Both the position numbers and the translations under genes were made by a program. From Paludibacter sp. (GTDB lineage Bacteria; Bacteroidota; Bacteroidia; Bacteroidales; Paludibacteraceae), in contig JBILFS010000001.1 of assembly GCA_044351455.1 (NCBI GenBank), positions 1 to 32,533 of the forward strand: a DNA stretch of 32,533 nt, read 5' to 3'. Positions 1 through 9,016 of this stretch are shown here, piece after piece. Positions within the stretch are counted from its first letter, which is position 1; every line of letters begins with the position of its first letter. Under the pieces are notes generated by a model. That model made no database searches, was not told the DNA's origin, and saw nothing but the letters and a program-made list of their open reading frames with translations.

Positions 1-1546
1 TTATTTAGCCAATCTGAATAAAGATGAAGATAAAGGCGATGATGTTCGCGGATTGGGTTCAATACCTGCACTGATTACTTCCTGCGGTATTTGAATGGCT
101 CTTCTCGGATCATTATAGGTTAGTTTCTCTTTTTCTGTTTTACCAATGGCATGTTCAATTTCAATCCCATATCTTTTCAAATCGAACCACCTGTAGCCAT
201 CGAATATCGTCTCTATCCTTCTGAAATGCAAAACACACTGAATGTAAGGCAGTTGAGCTGTTGAAACCGTAAAAGATGAACTCATTTTTGAACTATTCAG
301 GGCTTTATAAACGCTTGAATTTGATGCCACATAAAAGCTCTTAATCTTACTTTCTGTGAGTGTTTCTGTATTAAGTCTGGATTTATTCCATATTTCGAGA
401 TCGCTCAATGCTTCCGGCAATCGGTTCAGATAAACCAAAGCCTCAGCCCTGCAAAGCAAAGTCTCTTCCACTGTAAACTCAGCACGCATCACATGCGCAT
501 ACCCAATCCCGGCCACTTTATCAGTATATTCAAACATTTCGAAGCATTTAGGATAGAAAACACCATAATCCTGTTCCCCGCTGATGTACAATTTACCGAT
601 ATAACACGGTAGCATGCCATTCCATGTTGGTCCTGAACCATACAAAGCACCTTCCATAGCGGTGCCATTATGACCATAGCGGGTACCGAAAGTCCTGTTA
701 AATACCGATGAAGTAGGAACGAGCATCAGGTTGCAGGGAATTTCAGTACTGATATAATCATACGACAAGGCAAATGGATTGTCATAATCCACCGTCCAGT
801 CACGCATTAATGAAGCAGGATTAGCACCCAACACTTCATTGGCATACTGAATAACTTTCGCATAATCCCTTTTATACAGATAAAAACGGGCAGCGAAAGC
901 TGAAGCCGCTTTCTTATTGAAATGATATTTCGGCACTTTGTACTGATGATCAGTAATCAACCCGATCCCTTCTTCCAAATCCTGTTGAATTTTCGCATAA
1001 ACCGCCTGAACTGATTCTCTGACATCATCACCATTGACAACCTTACCCGGTTTTGTGGCATAAGGAATTCCCTGATCATTCACACTGCTTGTTTCATCTT
1101 TATAAGCCTGAGCAAAAATATTGACTAACAGGAAATGACCATATGCCCTGCAAAGTAAAGCTTCACCCCTGAGATAATCCAGTTTGAGTTCCGGACTGGC
1201 AATTTTCAATTCTTCGATAGACTCAAGCGCCTGGTTTGCAGCGGCAATAAGGACTATCCTCCTGTGTTGAAGAAGTTACATCTTTCCATTCGAATATTTC
1301 CTCGTGCATTCTTTCGAAGCTCGACAAGGTGACGGGAAGTATAGCATTATTATCAATAAAATTATCCGAACTCAGTTCTGTAACCACAGCATAATTAGCA
1401 CCGGGATAAGCTGAAACCAGCAACTGAGCTATTTTTTTCTCTGTATTTAATTGTGCTCTGTTATCAGGCAAAGTATCCAGAAATCCCTCACAGGATGCAA
1501 ATATGAGTCCTGAAAGAATTAGAAAAATATATGGTTTTGTTTTCAT
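1..1546 (-). pseudogene. susD: RagB/SusD family nutrient-uptake lipoprotein, frameshifted near 1246-1249 (ORFs 1223-1546 and 1-1209 are one gene)
   Basis: Lipobox IFASC and the SusD N-terminus CEGFLDTLPDNR are in the first frame. The second frame is open from 1248 (IAAANQALESIEELK) and continues into GEALLCRAYGHFLLVNIF, HFNKKAASAFAARFYLY and RRIETIFDGYRWFDLKRY. The gene lies directly downstream of susC. Confidence 0.85.
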
Positions 1547-1563
1547 AAATCAACTTAATAAAA

Positions 1564-4500
1564 TTAAATTCCTAACCTGATAGTAAAAGTCATCTGCCGT
1601 GGAACCGGACTGGCCACACCACCGGTATTGAAAAATTCGGGATCCTGACCGTTAAGTTTCGGGTCAGCCCACAACAAACTCAGATTAGTTGCCTGGAGTT
1701 TAAGCTGTAAACTACTTAATCCGACAGGTTTTATCATTTTCGATGGAAGATCATAGGCCAGTGAAATCTCTTTCAATCGCACGAAACCACCATCAGCCAC
1801 ACGTTCTGTAGAATAGTTATAGGCATTGTATGCATAACTCAGATTCGGATAAATTTTGGTTTGACGAACTGCAGCAATTACCGGAATATTCGTTTTTGAT
1901 TCATCACCAGATAGCATCCACCTGTTTTTAAACTCTCTGGGCATGGCAGATAAATCGGTATAACTGGCTCTGAAAACAGGATCAAGCCGTACTTTATTTC
2001 CAAACGAATACGTAATAAACACATTCAGTTTCAAGCCTTTCCAGGTGAAATTATTTCCGAAACTACCTGTAACAGTGGGATCGGTCGGACCTTCATACTT
2101 CAGAAAACCAAGCTTTTCAAATTCCTGAAAATTCAGGTCAGTAACCGTTTCTTCCTCATTTTGATTGATAAAGACCGGCAAGCCTTCCTCATTTAATTTA
2201 ACAAAAGGAATAGAGAAAAGCGCCCTGACAGGATAACCCCTGAGAGCAAAGCCGGAACCCGAAACCAATTGAATTACATTGGAACGGGAGTCAAGTTCTG
2301 TAATTTTGTTCTTCGCATCAGAAAAAATAAAATCTGTATTCCAGCTAAAATCTCTTGTTTTGATATTTTTGGTTGACACGGTAAACTCAAATCCATTCGA
2401 CATCATCGAGGCCACGTTTGCATATTTAGCAATCTGACCATCAACACCTTTGGTATAAATCAACCCAATTAAATCATAATTCTGCCGGGTATAATAATCC
2501 GCTTCAATGTTAATCTTATTGTCCAGCAAACCAATAGAAGCACCCACATTAAATTCATGTTTCTTCTCATAGGTAAGTTCACTATTTTCCAAATCCTCAA
2601 TCCTGATACCCGATTCAGTAACTCCGGCAGTGGGTCGCCATGGCGTATAACTTTTGAAAACCGCCAACGAATTCGACACAAACGCAGGCCCTCTGTCGGC
2701 AGTAAGCGAATACGAAGATTTTAACGAACCAAAAGAAAGGTATTTTCCAAACAGAGGCTTGAACCATTCCTCTTCATGCATATTCCATGCACCTGCAACA
2801 TTCCAGGTTGGCAACCATCTGGCTTTCGGCGATTTACCAAGTCTGTTACTTCCCTCGTATCTTCCGGTAGCATTGAAAGTATATTTTCCTTCAAATGAAT
2901 AAGTTACAGAGCTAAAATAAGCAAGATTACGGGAATAAGTGGCCAGACTGTAATAATAATCCGTATTTTCTTCCTTACCCTGTTTAAACACATTTGGATC
3001 GTAGAATGGAATACCTCCATTATCATACTGATAGCCCCAACCACGGAACCACGATTTAGTTCTATCGTTTGAGCTTACCTCCATACCTCCGAAGACATTC
3101 AGGATGTGGGTATCGAGCCAGGAAGTATTGTAAGAAAAAGACGTTCTTAAATCCAGCCCTGTCATAGAGTAGTTCGTCAGGTTATAAATACCCCCTTCAG
3201 GCAATACAGATACCGGAAGCGCATCTGGATCATCAGGATTACGATACAGCAAAGGATTATTTTCGGCAATCGTTGCATCTTCAGGATAAATTCCTGCCCG
3301 GTATGCTTCAGCCTGGTTAGAATGATCTTTGATATGATGTTGCTGTGTGGCCGACTGATATTTAACGGCACCCAACACACTGATTTCCATCCCCTTGAAA
3401 GCCTTCCAGTTCAGTTCAGTCTGGAATTTCAAATCAGAAACGACCAAATCGATATAATTATTATCCAGTTCATGAAAAATATTGAAAGGTGCATAATTTC
3501 TGGTATAATACTCATTCGGATTCAGGGTTCTGGAAGTATTGAGGGCAAAGCTATAAGGATTGATATCAAAATCACGTTTAACTTCTCCACGAACCACATC
3601 CACATCCTGTCCGAGAGTCCCCGGTGCTTTTTGTTTCCGGTAAGAACCATTTGTCAACAAATTGATAGTAAGATTTTTGTTGATATTATAAATACTATTG
3701 ATATTGGCAGTATAGCGTTGAACCTCACTTGATTTAGTCCAGCCCGGATCATCAAAGACAGAAAGCGATGCATAGAATTTAGCCTTTTCACTTCCCGAAG
3801 AAATACTAACGGCATGATTCTGTGACAGATTATTATTAAACAACAAATCGAACCAGTTAGTATTTCTGAATTCAGCATCCCGCAAATAAGCATTCCTGGC
3901 AGCAGGAGAATTTTCCAGACCATATCCGCCATTTTGCTTACTATCAATGAGTTGATACATTTTGCCATAGACACCACTGTTTGCAGCATTCTTGAGAGAA
4001 GTAAATTCGAGCCAGCCTTTCTGTTCCATTTCCTGATAGATACCCATCTGTTGCTGAGAATTGGAAATATTAAAATCGTTATAAGATGGCGTAAAGCGGG
4101 AAGTAAACTCACCCGTATAACTCAGTTTACTCATCCCCTCCTTCCCTTTTTTAGTGTTGATAACAACCACACCGGCCATCGCTCTGGCGCCATAAATCGA
4201 CGTAGCTGAACCATCCTTCAATATTTGGAAGCTCTCAATATCATCGGCGTTAATACCTGCAATGGCAGAAGAAATCAGCGTTTCAGCATTTCCTGAGGAT
4301 AATTCATCACTGGAAACATCCACTGCATCCTCCACAATAACACCATCCACAACCCAGAGCGGTTTAGAATTTCCATAGATGGAAGTGGCACCCCTTACCC
4401 TGATTTTGGGAGCAGTACCAAAAGTACCGGAAACATTTTGGACAGAAACACCTGCAGAACGACCTTCGAGGGCACGGCTTACATCCGTCATACCATCAAT

Positions 4501-4968
4501 TTTGGCAACAGCAGCATCAATTTTATCAGTAGCACCCGTAAAAAGTCGTTTATCCATCTTCTGCATACCTGTAACCACAACCTCTTCCAGAATTTTAGTT
4601 TCAGAAGAAAGCACAACAGTCATATTGCTACGGATATCCACTTCCAGACTTTTCATTCCCACATAAGAAACAATCAGTTTTTTCGATCCATCGGGAACAT
4701 TAAGTTGAAATACACCATTAACATCCGTTACAGTCCCGGTTCGCGGAGATTCTTTCACGACCACAGTTGCACCAATGATCCGTTCGCCGGATTCATCTGA
4801 AACAGAACCTTTAATTGGCTGTCCGCTCGATTGTGCTATGGCAAAGTTAGTAGCAGCAAAAAACCAAATGCAAATTAAAAACAGAATATTCTGAGGCTTC
4901 TGCTTACCTGGTAATATCAGGGATAAATTTATCATCAATATTTGACTGGAATATAAAAATTTTATCAT
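1564..4968 (-). CDS. susC: SusC/RagA family TonB-dependent outer membrane transporter
   Basis: CarboxypepD_reg-like N-domain (GSVSDESGERIIGATVVVK), plug motifs PLWVVDG and DIESFQILKDGSATSIYGARAMAGVVVINTKKG, and a C-terminal beta strand. The true start may be slightly downstream. Confidence 0.95.
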   Translation of the reverse strand: MIKFLYSSQILMINLSLILPGKQKPQNILFLICIWFFAATNFAIAQSSGQPIKGSVSDESGERIIGATVVVKESPRTGTVTDVNGVFQLNVPDGSKKLIVSYVGMKSLEVDIRSNMTVVLSSETKILEEVVVTGMQKMDKRLFTGATDKIDAAVAKIDGMTDVSRALEGRSAGVSVQNVSGTFGTAPKIRVRGATSIYGNSKPLWVVDGVIVEDAVDVSSDELSSGNAETLISSAIAGINADDIESFQILKDGSATSIYGARAMAGVVVINTKKGKEGMSKLSYTGEFTSRFTPSYNDFNISNSQQQMGIYQEMEQKGWLEFTSLKNAANSGVYGKMYQLIDSKQNGGYGLENSPAARNAYLRDAEFRNTNWFDLLFNNNLSQNHAVSISSGSEKAKFYASLSVFDDPGWTKSSEVQRYTANINSIYNINKNLTINLLTNGSYRKQKAPGTLGQDVDVVRGEVKRDFDINPYSFALNTSRTLNPNEYYTRNYAPFNIFHELDNNYIDLVVSDLKFQTELNWKAFKGMEISVLGAVKYQSATQQHHIKDHSNQAEAYRAGIYPEDATIAENNPLLYRNPDDPDALPVSVLPEGGIYNLTNYSMTGLDLRTSFSYNTSWLDTHILNVFGGMEVSSNDRTKSWFRGWGYQYDNGGIPFYDPNVFKQGKEENTDYYYSLATYSRNLAYFSSVTYSFEGKYTFNATGRYEGSNRLGKSPKARWLPTWNVAGAWNMHEEEWFKPLFGKYLSFGSLKSSYSLTADRGPAFVSNSLAVFKSYTPWRPTAGVTESGIRIEDLENSELTYEKKHEFNVGASIGLLDNKINIEADYYTRQNYDLIGLIYTKGVDGQIAKYANVASMMSNGFEFTVSTKNIKTRDFSWNTDFIFSDAKNKITELDSRSNVIQLVSGSGFALRGYPVRALFSIPFVKLNEEGLPVFINQNEEETVTDLNFQEFEKLGFLKYEGPTDPTVTGSFGNNFTWKGLKLNVFITYSFGNKVRLDPVFRASYTDLSAMPREFKNRWMLSGDESKTNIPVIAAVRQTKIYPNLSYAYNAYNYSTERVADGGFVRLKEISLAYDLPSKMIKPVGLSSLQLKLQATNLSLLWADPKLNGQDPEFFNTGGVASPVPRQMTFTIRLGI

Positions 4969-5014
4969 TTAAAATGTGTCGTTAAGAATGTCTGATTTTT
5001 CATTTCGAAACCGA

Positions 5015-5022
5015 CAAAAATA
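5015..5022 (-). promoter_or_regulatory. Bacteroidetes sigma-A -7 element (TATTTTTG) for susC1
   Basis: Matches TAnnTTTG about 47 bp upstream of the ORF start. Confidence 0.55.
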
Positions 5023-5085
5023 CTAAAAGAGATTTATATACGAATCATATTTTATTTTTTTTATCTAACATCCGGTAAAAAAACT

Positions 5086-5093
5086 TATATTTG
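5086..5093 (+). promoter_or_regulatory. Bacteroidetes sigma-A -7 element (TATATTTG) for the lipoprotein gene at 5119
   Basis: TAnnTTTG followed by C, 25 bp upstream of the ATG; divergent from the susC1 promoter. Confidence 0.65.
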
Positions 5094-5118
5094 CCGAAAA
5101 TATAAAAAATTAATAAAT

Positions 5119-6510
5119 ATGAAAATTCTATTAACAACGAAAACATTTATCATCGTCTTGCTGACAGTTATTTTTGCATCCTGCGAAACAAGTGAAGTCA
5201 CTAAAATGAGTTTTGACAAAACCACGATATCCATCAATCTTGGTCAGCAAGACACACTGACAGCAAAAATCACCTACACCGGCGATATCAGCGCCATTCC
5301 ATTAGAAATTGTCAATTCCGATCTTACAGTTGTGGAAGTAAAAGAGTTGAATTCATCTGCCATGAGTGAAGGAGGTAGCACAATGGTTGAACGCACCTAC
5401 ACATTGAAGTCGCTCAAGGCAGGTACTGCAACATTAACCCTGAAAGCTGGCAAAATGGAGTTGAAGTGTCAGGTTACTATTGAGCAGAAAAAACTTGTAT
5501 TTCAGAAAGCTACTGCCAATAATTATGGAGATTATTACGATACCGAATCCAATAATTTCGAGTTATTATTGATGGAGAATGGCCTTTCATTCAACACAGA
5601 AGGTAAAATCCAGGGAACAGGATACATGCTCTATATGGATATGTTTGGTGCGCTTACACAAAACACTTTTGGCGATGGCGAATATTTTCCGGCTGAAGAT
5701 GGTCGCGCAATCTCCTACCTGAAAGGAGAGTTATTTGAAAATGAAGATGGAGAAGAAGATAGTTTCGGCAGCAGGATATATAAATTCACTACAAAAGAGA
5801 CAGAAGAATATATGATTTCTGAAGGCAGCCTGAAGGTATTGACTGTTGGAGGAATTACAAGAATTACCGCCGATTTTATCACATTGGATGGTGAATTGAT
5901 TAATGTTAGTTTTGAAGGAATGATCGACAATCAGGATAAACGCGAAGCGCCTGAAGATTTAAAACCTGCATTTAACAAAGGGTTGCTTGTATATCAGGGA
6001 GATGCTTATCAATCCAAAAAAGCAAATACTTACATTGCCTATTTGGGTTCGGAGACAGTAAATTTCAGTGATTCGGTGCTTAATGGTGATTTAATTTCCA
6101 TAGAATTAAACACAGCACTTACGGCTAAAGATTCAATACCTTCAGGAACATATAATTTAATGGCTGATTTATCACTTTCCGGTATAATTCCGGGAACAAT
6201 AGTACCGGGTTATACATCCACAGATGGAGATAATTGGGGCACCTGGTTCTACGGTGATAATACAAAGAAAATCAAAACCGGCAATATGGTTGTTAAACGT
6301 GATGGTAAAAAATATCAGTTCCAATACGAATTTTTCGACAGATTTGGCACCAGGGTATCAGGAGTATATAACGACACATTAAGATATATTGATGGAACGA
6401 AGAGTTCTTCGGGAATAAAAGGTATGAAACTGATCAGAAAGGATAATAAAACGAGAGAATTGAAAGAGGTGATGACAAAAAAGATGCCTTTGAGTTGGAA
6501 GAAAGATTGA
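5119..6510 (+). CDS. Lipoprotein with N-terminal Ig-like domain and two similar beta-rich domains, function unknown
   Basis: Lipobox IFASC and an Ig-like segment (LKAGTATLTLKAG...CQVTI); 463 aa ORF with its own promoter and terminator. Confidence 0.8.
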   Translation: MKILLTTKTFIIVLLTVIFASCETSEVTKMSFDKTTISINLGQQDTLTAKITYTGDISAIPLEIVNSDLTVVEVKELNSSAMSEGGSTMVERTYTLKSLKAGTATLTLKAGKMELKCQVTIEQKKLVFQKATANNYGDYYDTESNNFELLLMENGLSFNTEGKIQGTGYMLYMDMFGALTQNTFGDGEYFPAEDGRAISYLKGELFENEDGEEDSFGSRIYKFTTKETEEYMISEGSLKVLTVGGITRITADFITLDGELINVSFEGMIDNQDKREAPEDLKPAFNKGLLVYQGDAYQSKKANTYIAYLGSETVNFSDSVLNGDLISIELNTALTAKDSIPSGTYNLMADLSLSGIIPGTIVPGYTSTDGDNWGTWFYGDNTKKIKTGNMVVKRDGKKYQFQYEFFDRFGTRVSGVYNDTLRYIDGTKSSSGIKGMKLIRKDNKTRELKEVMTKKMPLSWKKD

Positions 6511-6525
6511 GACTGAAAGCATATC

Positions 6526-6565
6526 AAAAAAAAACTGTCCCGGTATAATCAGGACAGTTTTTTTT
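6526..6565. terminator. Bidirectional rho-independent terminator
   Basis: A9-CTGTCC...GGACAG-T8 hairpin between convergent genes. Confidence 0.85.
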
Positions 6566-6581
6566 ATAATCAGATCATAAC

Positions 6582-7406
6582 TTATTTAGGAGTATAAACC
6601 TCTTCAATAACCCTGTTTCCATTTCCACCAACATAGTAGTAATTCAAATAGAACTTACCGGTTACAGGATCAAAATATGATCTTGCAGCAGAAGCAATAA
6701 TCTCAGTAGGAGTACCATTAGAATAAGAAACATTATTAGTTACAGGATCAACAGTAATATCAACAAAGTAACCAGCACCACCAAGGTCACCAACAGGTAT
6801 CTTACAAGAATACGCAGTCAGAGGCACTAAATATTTATCCTCATTAATTGGTCTCTGACCAGCAGTTGGATGAGTAAAAGTACCTGTACACAGATAATTA
6901 CCTGCATAAGCATTAGCAACACCAATATTGGTAGTTGAACCATTCTCTACTTTTCTGCTGTCAGCTGTCATTGTTGCAACATAAGTAATTGTCCAGCTCT
7001 CACCAATATTCAATAATGTTTCGTTAGCAGGAAGAGCTGCTCCGCCAACTGTCAGTCCTGAAATTAAAGAAGCATAGTTCACAGTTACATTACCTGCAAA
7101 TTCCGCTGAAGTGTTAGCACCCGCAACATTTAATTCTCCCAATTTAGCAATATTTGAAGTTTTTCCGGCAGAATTTGTAAACGACTTATAAAGTTCCACC
7201 TTTTCAATCGCAGGACCAACCGGAACCACAATATCAATTTTGATATTGGTTGTAGCACCTAATTTATAAGGCACATTAACTGTAACAGGAGTTACCAAAC
7301 CACCTGTTTTTACTTCTCCAGTCATTAAATCATCATTCTCCAAACAAGCTGTAAAAGAAAATGCGACAGAAACAATCAGGAAGATATTTAAAAATATTTT
7401 TTTCAT
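6582..7406 (-). CDS. SusCD-associated surface lipoprotein
   Basis: Lipobox FTAC followed by acidic LENDD (export-signal-like); third gene of the susC2-susD2 operon. Confidence 0.8.
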   Translation of the reverse strand: MKKIFLNIFLIVSVAFSFTACLENDDLMTGEVKTGGLVTPVTVNVPYKLGATTNIKIDIVVPVGPAIEKVELYKSFTNSAGKTSNIAKLGELNVAGANTSAEFAGNVTVNYASLISGLTVGGAALPANETLLNIGESWTITYVATMTADSRKVENGSTTNIGVANAYAGNYLCTGTFTHPTAGQRPINEDKYLVPLTAYSCKIPVGDLGGAGYFVDITVDPVTNNVSYSNGTPTEIIASAARSYFDPVTGKFYLNYYYVGGNGNRVIEEVYTPK

Positions 7407-7447
7407 ATCTGTATTTTTTTAATTATCAATTGAAATTTTACCGGAAA

Positions 7448-9004
7448 TTAATTTACATCCCACCAAACTTTGGTATTCATGTCGTCCTTACCACCGATTC
7501 TGGTCACAGCAGCTTCCACATTGGATTTATTTCTGGAATACTCATCCGATGGATAATAAACTCTTACCGGAATTTTCTTCTCATTATCAGCATCAACAGG
7601 TGCTACAAGAACAGGATAACCAATACGTCTCCATTCAAAATTTGCCTGTAGGCCCTGATCGAACAAAGCAACCCATTTCTGAGTTCCGATTTGTTCCATC
7701 GCTTTGGCTGCATCAAATTTCCATCCGCCATATTCTTTAAAATCCTCCAGTGCGTAAGTTATAATATCCTTTTCAGCTTCTTTCCATCCCCATTTAACAA
7801 AATCAGCACTCCAGATTTTTTTGAGTTCAGCAGCAAAGAATGTTGCATTTTGATTGTAAGAAGCTTCAATACCCTTATAATAATATTCTTCTGTCTTAGC
7901 CGCACCACCGGTGATATATGTTTTATGAGCTGCTTCAGCCAGGATAAACTGCAATTCAGCATAACTCATTAACATTCCGGGGGCAGTTGCCTGAGTATAG
8001 AAAGAGCTGATCTTAGATGTGTTTTTAAGTCCACCACCATCATAATTTGCAGCATCAGAAGATCTCAATCCATTAGGCAAACCAGCATAATCACCTTTAC
8101 CATCAGCTAAAGAAGCATACATTGAAACCCTGTAGTCAGGACTTGCCGCATCTTTATAAAGAAGATCGATAAGCTTTTTACTTACACGGTGGTCATCTCT
8201 GGTTTTGCGGTTTTCGTTAATCGGATTATTATTCGGAGCAGATCCCAAATAAACCAGTGCTGCATTATCTGCATTAGAAGTAAAGATCGGGTATTTTGCT
8301 GCATCTCCTACTATAGCTGCCATATCTGCTTTAACATCAACTTTAGCCGACATTCTGAGCAGCAATCTTAATCTTAATGAATTAGCAAACATCTTCCATT
8401 TTGCAACATCTCCATTGTAAAGAATATCACCTTCGATCTCTTCATTATCTTCAGAAAGCAAATCATTGGCTTCTTTTAGTTTAAGAACCAAATCTTTATA
8501 GATATCCTCCTGTTTGTCATAAGCGGGAGAGATAATCGGAGTAGCTGCTGAGCCCTGCCATGCTTCTGAATAAGGAATATCACCAAAAAGATCGGTAAGT
8601 ACAGAGGTAATATAAACCTTTAATACGAGGCCCACACCTTTGTAATTCTTCAAATCCTTAGCTTCAGCAATTTTAAGAATTGTAGATACATCCTGACCAG
8701 ACGCACCATATAAGCTAGTCCATGTATTATTAATTACAGAAACACGGGGAATATAACGATCTTCATCAGTATACTGAACCTTTGCCATGTGCTGTACCCA
8801 ACATGAACCCATTTCATGACCAAGAAATATTTCATGAACCCTGTCAGTCATTGATTCGATAGAGTTGGCAAGAAGCATTTTTGGGTCTGCCTGATCCAGC
8901 GAAGGTTTGTTGACATTGTTATTTATTTCTTCAAAATCTGTTGTACAGGCAGTAAATCCTGTAATCAAAACAGCAGTAAAAATATATTTAAAAACTTTTT
9001 TCAT
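7448..9004 (-). CDS. susD: SusD/RagB family lipoprotein (SusD-like_2 type)
   Basis: FTACTTDFEEINNNVN, LTDLFGDIPYSEA, WKMFANSLRLRLLLRMS, QKWVALF...EWRRIGYP and KVWWD. ATG at 9004 is preferred over GTG at 9010. Confidence 0.93.
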   Translation of the reverse strand: MKKVFKYIFTAVLITGFTACTTDFEEINNNVNKPSLDQADPKMLLANSIESMTDRVHEIFLGHEMGSCWVQHMAKVQYTDEDRYIPRVSVINNTWTSLYGASGQDVSTILKIAEAKDLKNYKGVGLVLKVYITSVLTDLFGDIPYSEAWQGSAATPIISPAYDKQEDIYKDLVLKLKEANDLLSEDNEEIEGDILYNGDVAKWKMFANSLRLRLLLRMSAKVDVKADMAAIVGDAAKYPIFTSNADNAALVYLGSAPNNNPINENRKTRDDHRVSKKLIDLLYKDAASPDYRVSMYASLADGKGDYAGLPNGLRSSDAANYDGGGLKNTSKISSFYTQATAPGMLMSYAELQFILAEAAHKTYITGGAAKTEEYYYKGIEASYNQNATFFAAELKKIWSADFVKWGWKEAEKDIITYALEDFKEYGGWKFDAAKAMEQIGTQKWVALFDQGLQANFEWRRIGYPVLVAPVDADNEKKIPVRVYYPSDEYSRNKSNVEAAVTRIGGKDDMNTKVWWDVN

Positions 9005-9016
9005 AACCACAATTTA

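Noticed and set aside
2469-4800. Many 60-150 aa alternative-frame or antisense ORFs within susC1 (and similarly within other long genes)
   Set aside because: These are shadow ORFs of long coding regions with no domain signatures.
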